Assembly (NCBI GenBank): GCA_040954595.2
Contig: CM082583.2
Coordinates: forward strand, 12,934,987-12,998,986
Length of the DNA stretch: 64,000 bases
Direction of reading: 5' to 3'
DNA from: Balanoglossus misakiensis
Taxonomy: Eukaryota > Animalia > Hemichordata
A program made the position numbers and the translations under genes. Below the pieces are notes generated by a model that was not told the origin of the DNA, made no database searches, and saw only the letters and a program-made list of their open reading frames with translations. The first letter of the stretch is position 1; each line of letters begins with the position of its first letter. Of the stretch, positions 58,749 through 64,000 are shown piece after piece.

Positions 58749-59384
58749 ATGTTCTCCGTAAAGTCACTAACGCCACCATCACCTCCCGAAAAAATGGAAG
58801 TAGACGATAATGACGACACGAGTGAACTTGAAGACGAAACGATGGAACATAGTCAGCTAGACGAGATCCCGGACCATGGAGATGGCGAAGATGTTACTAT
58901 GTAAGTTCTGGTCGCGCACTTTTCAGTCTGCCTGCAGGTGCCAGTGGCCGGACGCAGACTTCATGATTGGTTACAACAGGTGTCCCTTACCTAAGTTGGA
59001 CGTAAACCCCCACATTCTCTTATGCCTAAAGCAAAGATAAAAGGAAACCCAATCGTGTAAAGTTCATACATAAACGAAGCCTATGGTCACAGACCTTCGA
59101 AAAGTCAACTTTACCCTATTTGCAACATCATAACATCCTTTCAAAATTGTGTCTGCGCGATTTCTTCCGGCGACGTCTTTAATGACTCATATTCTTCGTA
59201 TAAATTTAACATAAAATTGTGTTTAACATCCAACAGAAACCTGACCAGGAAGTTTGGTCACCATCGTCTCATGACTGACGACTATGAATTCCCATTTGAC
59301 GGCACAAACGGCGAACACGTTGAAAATGATAGCGATTCGCAAGACGAGGAACAAGACCCTAATGTAAATTGTTGCAAGAAGTAA
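58749..59384 (+). CDS. Small acidic protein of unknown function (99 aa, 2 exons), not in the ORF track
   Basis: CAAAATG start. Exon 1 is 58749-58900 with a consensus GTAAGT donor (phase 2); exon 2 is 59237-59384 after CAACAG and continues in frame. Protein: MFSVKSLTPPSPPEKMEVDDNDDTSELEDETMEHSQLDEIPDHGDGEDVTINLTRKFGHHRLMTDDYEFPFDGTNGEHVENDSDSQDEEQDPNVNCCKK*. AATAAA at ~59588 and TGACGTCA at 58593-58600. Confidence 0.6.
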
Positions 59385-60151
59385 TGCACATCGAACAGTT
59401 CTGCAGTAAACACCCGACTTGATGAATATGTAACTTCAGAACAATACGTTTACGAGTGTCGTTGGAATCACCCCTATGGAATGATGTTGTCCGTATTCCT
59501 TCAAAGCAAGGATTAGGCCCTATATATGAGAACAATTAATGGACACTTCTCCATAGAAGTATATATTTCGTATGCAGCATAAAAATTAATAAAAAGTTAT
59601 TCTTCTAAACACTGAAATATCACTCCATAGCTGTAGACTTCTAGGTCCTACTACTACATTCACACTGTCGCTTGTTCGCCTATTGTGCAGAATGAAAAAC
59701 TTGTAAAGAAGCTGTTATGGTTTATGGGGTACTGGGGTCGAAGGAATTGGTCATCACTGGGAAATATGGTTATCTGAGGTTGGAGATGGAAACAATGCAA
59801 CCAGTTTACTGTGTTTGGCAGTATATTAAACTCTATTTTGTGCTATGATAACTGTTTTGCCAGCTTCCTCTACTCTTCCTGCTACTGCTTAGGATTAGGG
59901 CAGCGCCCCCATGCGGCAATGAACGAGGCTGATGGTTGTCAAGCTCGCACGAGGATATCCCTGCTGGTACGTTTATCATCTCGTTTGGAGCCTTGGCTCA
60001 CTCGAGAACGTTGTTTCCAGCAAACCAAGGCAAAACCTCGAGCTATACTGAAGTGCAGTTAGGTGTAGTGGTGAACAGCAAGTTGCTGTGAAAATTCCTA
60101 TCACACTCACAGTCCCAAACTGCCAAATTTGGACAAAGGTCACAGGTCAAG

Positions 60152-61849
60152 ATGTCTTCCAGTGGAAATTCTGTTGAGAGCAAGGTTAGCTCAAACATGA
60201 ACCAATCAACTGTTGGACTGTCTCAAAACTTTCCCAGGGTGCTTGTTGAATTGGCAGCCAAAGAATGTTTTGAGATACTGCTTGTAGAGTTGTACAGGTG
60301 CAAGCTTTGTGGTGTCTATTCCAGCTTGGTTAGAAACGATATGATGGAACATTTCAAAGCCACACACTGCAGTCATTGGGAACATGCTCTGGAGAAATGT
60401 GAAGCCCAAACAGACAATGTGACAGGCGCTGTTTTGGCTGTAAAACCCCAATGCAGCAGGGGTGAGATTTTGCTGCAACCAGCAAGTCTGGCAAAGAGGA
60501 TGGCGGCGACTGCACCCTCATTGAAATCATGCGAGGGATTGCAAAAGGTGGAGTGTGTCACGCCAGCTGACAGCACAGAAAAGAATGCAAATACTGACGC
60601 GGCTAAGTGTCTGCAACATGCAGAGATTAATGTGACGACATCAGCAGGGAGCACTGAAGAGGTTGATGGGGAACGTTCTGATGATGATGATGATGATATT
60701 GGTGCTGCTAATAGCACGAGTCTGCACTGCAGAGAAGTGAAGACTGGACAACAAGATGCAAATAAAATGGATGTGAGGGATGATTCAGCAGTCGACAAAG
60801 AACCTCAAGTGGTTTTGGAAAGCAAGACTGTTCCAGACCCGAAAGGTCTAACGCAGACTAAAGCAGAAACTCAAGCAAGAATGTCTACAGAGACAATTAA
60901 TTCAAACAAGATTTGTGTGCAGCCACCCATACTGTGGAAGTGTTCTGCCTGTGAAATATATTTTCAAACCCGTTATTACCTATCCTTGCACAAAAAGGCA
61001 TGCCACAAACCATGCAACAAGAAGTTCAAGTGTCATTTTTGCGAGAAGATGTTCTCGTGGCCGGGTCTTGTTAGGCACAAAAGAAAGAAAGTCTGTCAGA
61101 AGCAAAAGGTGAAGAAGACATACCCATGCTCAGTCTGCCAGAAAGTCTTCAATGACTCCTCTGGCTTGAAAGATCACATGCACACACACAGTGGTATAAA
61201 GAAGTTTTTGTGCCAGTTCTGTGGCAAAAGCTACAAACATCCCAGGTCTTTGAGGATGCACTTGGTACTCCACCGAGAAAACGCTGAAATCTTCAAGTGT
61301 AACGAGTGTGATTACACGAGCAAATTCAGAAATTGTGTTGAGAAACATAAACAGACGCTGCACAGAGCTGAAGGAGTGAAATTTTACAGTTGCGAAGTGT
61401 GCGACTTCCAGACACCGTACCTGTGTAGCATTACAAAGCATCGTGAGGCAACACACTCTGAGGACAGGAATTACATGTGTGAGATATGTGGCCGGGTTTA
61501 TAAATTAGAATCTTCGCTGAAAGAGCACATGGCAAATCATGACGGTAAAGAGTTTAGGTGTGAGCAGTGTTCATACGTTGGATTGACAGTTTCTAGACTG
61601 CGTGAGCACATGAAGATACACCTGCCTGTGGAGTCACGCAAGTACGCGTGTCCTCACTGTGATTGGCGGGGACTTACAAAGGATGTACTGCGTCGTCACA
61701 TGTTCAAGCACACTGGAGAGAAACCATTTCATTGCCAAGAATGTAACACTGGTTACATAAACCGCTACGGATTCAAGAGACATCTCCGAAAACGCCACCC
61801 AGAGCAGTATGTTTCATACACACACGCCAACCATTCAGCAAAAGAATGA
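60152..61849 (+). CDS. C2H2 zinc-finger protein (565 aa; one isolated N-terminal finger plus ~10 tandem fingers)
   Basis: Repeated CxxC-x12-Hx3-4H units, e.g. YPCSVCQKVFNDSSGLKDHMHTH, and an HTGEKPF linker. Uninterrupted ORF. Confidence 0.92.
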   Translation: MSSSGNSVESKVSSNMNQSTVGLSQNFPRVLVELAAKECFEILLVELYRCKLCGVYSSLVRNDMMEHFKATHCSHWEHALEKCEAQTDNVTGAVLAVKPQCSRGEILLQPASLAKRMAATAPSLKSCEGLQKVECVTPADSTEKNANTDAAKCLQHAEINVTTSAGSTEEVDGERSDDDDDDIGAANSTSLHCREVKTGQQDANKMDVRDDSAVDKEPQVVLESKTVPDPKGLTQTKAETQARMSTETINSNKICVQPPILWKCSACEIYFQTRYYLSLHKKACHKPCNKKFKCHFCEKMFSWPGLVRHKRKKVCQKQKVKKTYPCSVCQKVFNDSSGLKDHMHTHSGIKKFLCQFCGKSYKHPRSLRMHLVLHRENAEIFKCNECDYTSKFRNCVEKHKQTLHRAEGVKFYSCEVCDFQTPYLCSITKHREATHSEDRNYMCEICGRVYKLESSLKEHMANHDGKEFRCEQCSYVGLTVSRLREHMKIHLPVESRKYACPHCDWRGLTKDVLRRHMFKHTGEKPFHCQECNTGYINRYGFKRHLRKRHPEQYVSYTHANHSAKE

Positions 61850-62665
61850 CACTCTTTGTAGTTAGTTGTCATGGGAGCGTTTTATTTCAATTTCAGAGGC
61901 AAGAATCTGACACAAGATATGTTATGAAAATGGAACTTTACAAGTTAAAATCAGACTACAATATGCACATATATACATGTAAGATTGTCTGAACAATTAT
62001 GCAAATAAAAATATTCTGATTGAAATTTGCTGTCATGTAATCTCACTCTGTACAATCATCTATATAATAATTAAATTATGTACATTAATATTTACGAAAA
62101 ATAAATTAGATTTAAAATTAATGCACACTGAATCATTTAAGAATATATTAATACATTTGCATATAATACTGTTATCTTTCAAACGTAATATCAACCAATC
62201 GAAAGAAATTATTCATAAATTAAAATGTACATGTATATCAGAAATTGTAAATTTTCAGAATGGAAGGCATAAACTTGATACGTTAAAATCATAAATTAAC
62301 AATAGTGGTGAACAAAATCTTTGGAGAACTGTGTTATTGTTAATACACTAATGTGTCAGTACTTAACACTAATATTGCAATTACAGTATTGTAGAAAGTC
62401 CTTCAATTGTGTATTACTTTTCAATCATCAAGAAATTCATCCATCTTTTAAAATACAAATCAATGTAAGTACATCATCCTTTAGTTCAAAATTCCAATCC
62501 CCAAAACATTTTAATTTTTTAAAGATTTAATTGTAAATGGTTATACTGTTGATTGTTGATGTTCCAAAAACATCATCTGTGTTTGATTGTTCAAGATTGT
62601 TTTCTCGTTATCTGCTTAAGCTGTCATCCTTATAGGGGTGGAGGATTTGAGATTGATGGACGTTG

Positions 62666-63470
62666 TCACAGCTTCAGTTTTTCAAGTTCCTGAGCAAACT
62701 TCAAGATGTCCAGCAGAGTCATTCCAAAATCAGTCTGTAGGCTTTTATAGAAGAATTCTGGAGCCTGTAAGGAAACACTTTGGATCAGTGCCAGTAATCT
62801 GCGTGGTTTCTGTAACAAATGCTTTTCTCTGATTTTTTCCTTCTGTGTATCAACGACGGTTTGTTTGTTGAATAGTGATAGCATACTAGTACTACAGAGT
62901 AGTTTCCGTCTTTGTGACAAAACTGGACAGATAGAGAAGATATGGACTTCACCTCTTTTCTTAAATTATGGAGTTGGATGAGAGTACGTCCAGTCACTTG
63001 ATTCAGTATGTCTTCACTGTACCTAAAAACCACACACCAAAATAATTGCAAACTGAATGAGTTTAAAGTGCTGATGGGCCATGTGTTGTTTGTCCTGTGT
63101 TACATGGTCTAAGAATGTCCCCCGATATAAACTGTGCAGTCAAGCAGAATCTTGCAGGGTCTCATGGAGTTAAAGAAATGGTCTATTGCCAGCATGGATT
63201 AGAACTTGTTTAACACCAGCTAGATTCCAGAAATAATATCATTACTGGGTATAATTTCAGTATATTTTTCTTCTCAGCAAAAATTAATTTTGCATTTCTA
63301 TTATTTGGCTGAAGATAACTACGATGACCACACCTGTTGATTTGACTATTTGTCAACCACTCTTTGACCTGCACAGATGTCCACTCGGTGACTTTTCCAT
63401 ACTTTGATGTGATGGGTGGCAATGGTGAAGAGCCTGTGGGAAATTCCTGTTCTCGGCTATCCGGTCGGCT
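62666..63470 (-). CDS. 3' exons of a gene ending in a SAM-like domain (5' part unresolved or beyond the right edge)
   Basis: In-frame exons ~63470-63334 (KVTEWTSVQVKEWLTNSQINR), 63022-62953 (YSEDILNQVTGRTLIQLHNLRKE) and 62764-62666 (APEFFYKSLQTDFGMTLLDILKFAQELEKLKL*). The W-T-x2-(Q/D)V-x2-WL..F/Y..V(D/T)GxxL pattern is SAM-like. Confidence 0.75.
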
Positions 63471-64000
63471 CTGCAAAGTGTCAAATAATTCTATTTTGAA
63501 ATGTCAGCTAAAAAATAAAGTTAGAACGTAAAGGTGCATCATTGTCTTCTGTATGCAAAGTTAACCACATTGACCATGGTAAGTGGAGATTGAGCCAATC
63601 ACAGACATTTTCTTGGGTGGCCATGTGAAAGAAGTATGCCACCACATGGTCATAAGCAGAATTGGACATGCCCTGTAAACCATATATGGGCATACTTCTG
63701 AATACTTCTGTGTATCAACCTTTGAAATTACCAGAAAAACTTGGTGGACTTGCATTAAACCCAGAGTCAGAGTTGTAAGGTTACAAGCTAGTAAAATCTG
63801 TCCCCTCAGATAATATCATTATGAAGAAAAAATAGAAATTTACACAGTTCTTCCTATACAGAGGTTGTGTATGTACACTTTAACATATTACAGATGAAAG
63901 AAATATGAATCCAAGCTTTTGAATGTCACAATAGGAAGACAGGAAAGGGTTCCATCATTTATACCTTGTGAGAAAACAACAGTGATTAAGAAATGCTGGT

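Overview
This is eukaryotic (animal) genomic DNA, AT-rich with many short GT-AG introns, and looks like a marine invertebrate; the species cannot be determined from the window. I reconstructed 13 gene models by hand. In order they are: a PWWP3/MUM1-like gene (minus, runs off the left edge), a Bax-like Bcl-2 gene, UBL7, a DEG/ENaC channel subunit, two tandem alpha-arrestins, BTBD1/2 head-to-head with PARP6/8, two tandem TRIF/TICAM-like TIR proteins, a small acidic two-exon ORF missed by the ORF track, a C2H2 zinc-finger gene, and the 3' end of a gene with a SAM-like C-terminus. The most notable region is 49-64 kb. Both TIR proteins have a TICAM-type TIR domain, a coiled coil and a nearly identical C-terminal RHIM. 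One also has a TTC22/IFIT-like TPR N-terminus, and both have NF-kB-type sites upstream. This suggests an inducible TIR-to-RHIM (amyloid) signalling module. Other points of interest are a PARP6/8 with a UBA domain on one symmetric exon, a Bax-like protein with NWGR replaced by TRER, and a perfect 31-bp hairpin element with a 6-bp target-site duplication just after an arrestin stop codon. All homology calls come from recalled motifs, not database searches, and exon boundaries were read by eye.
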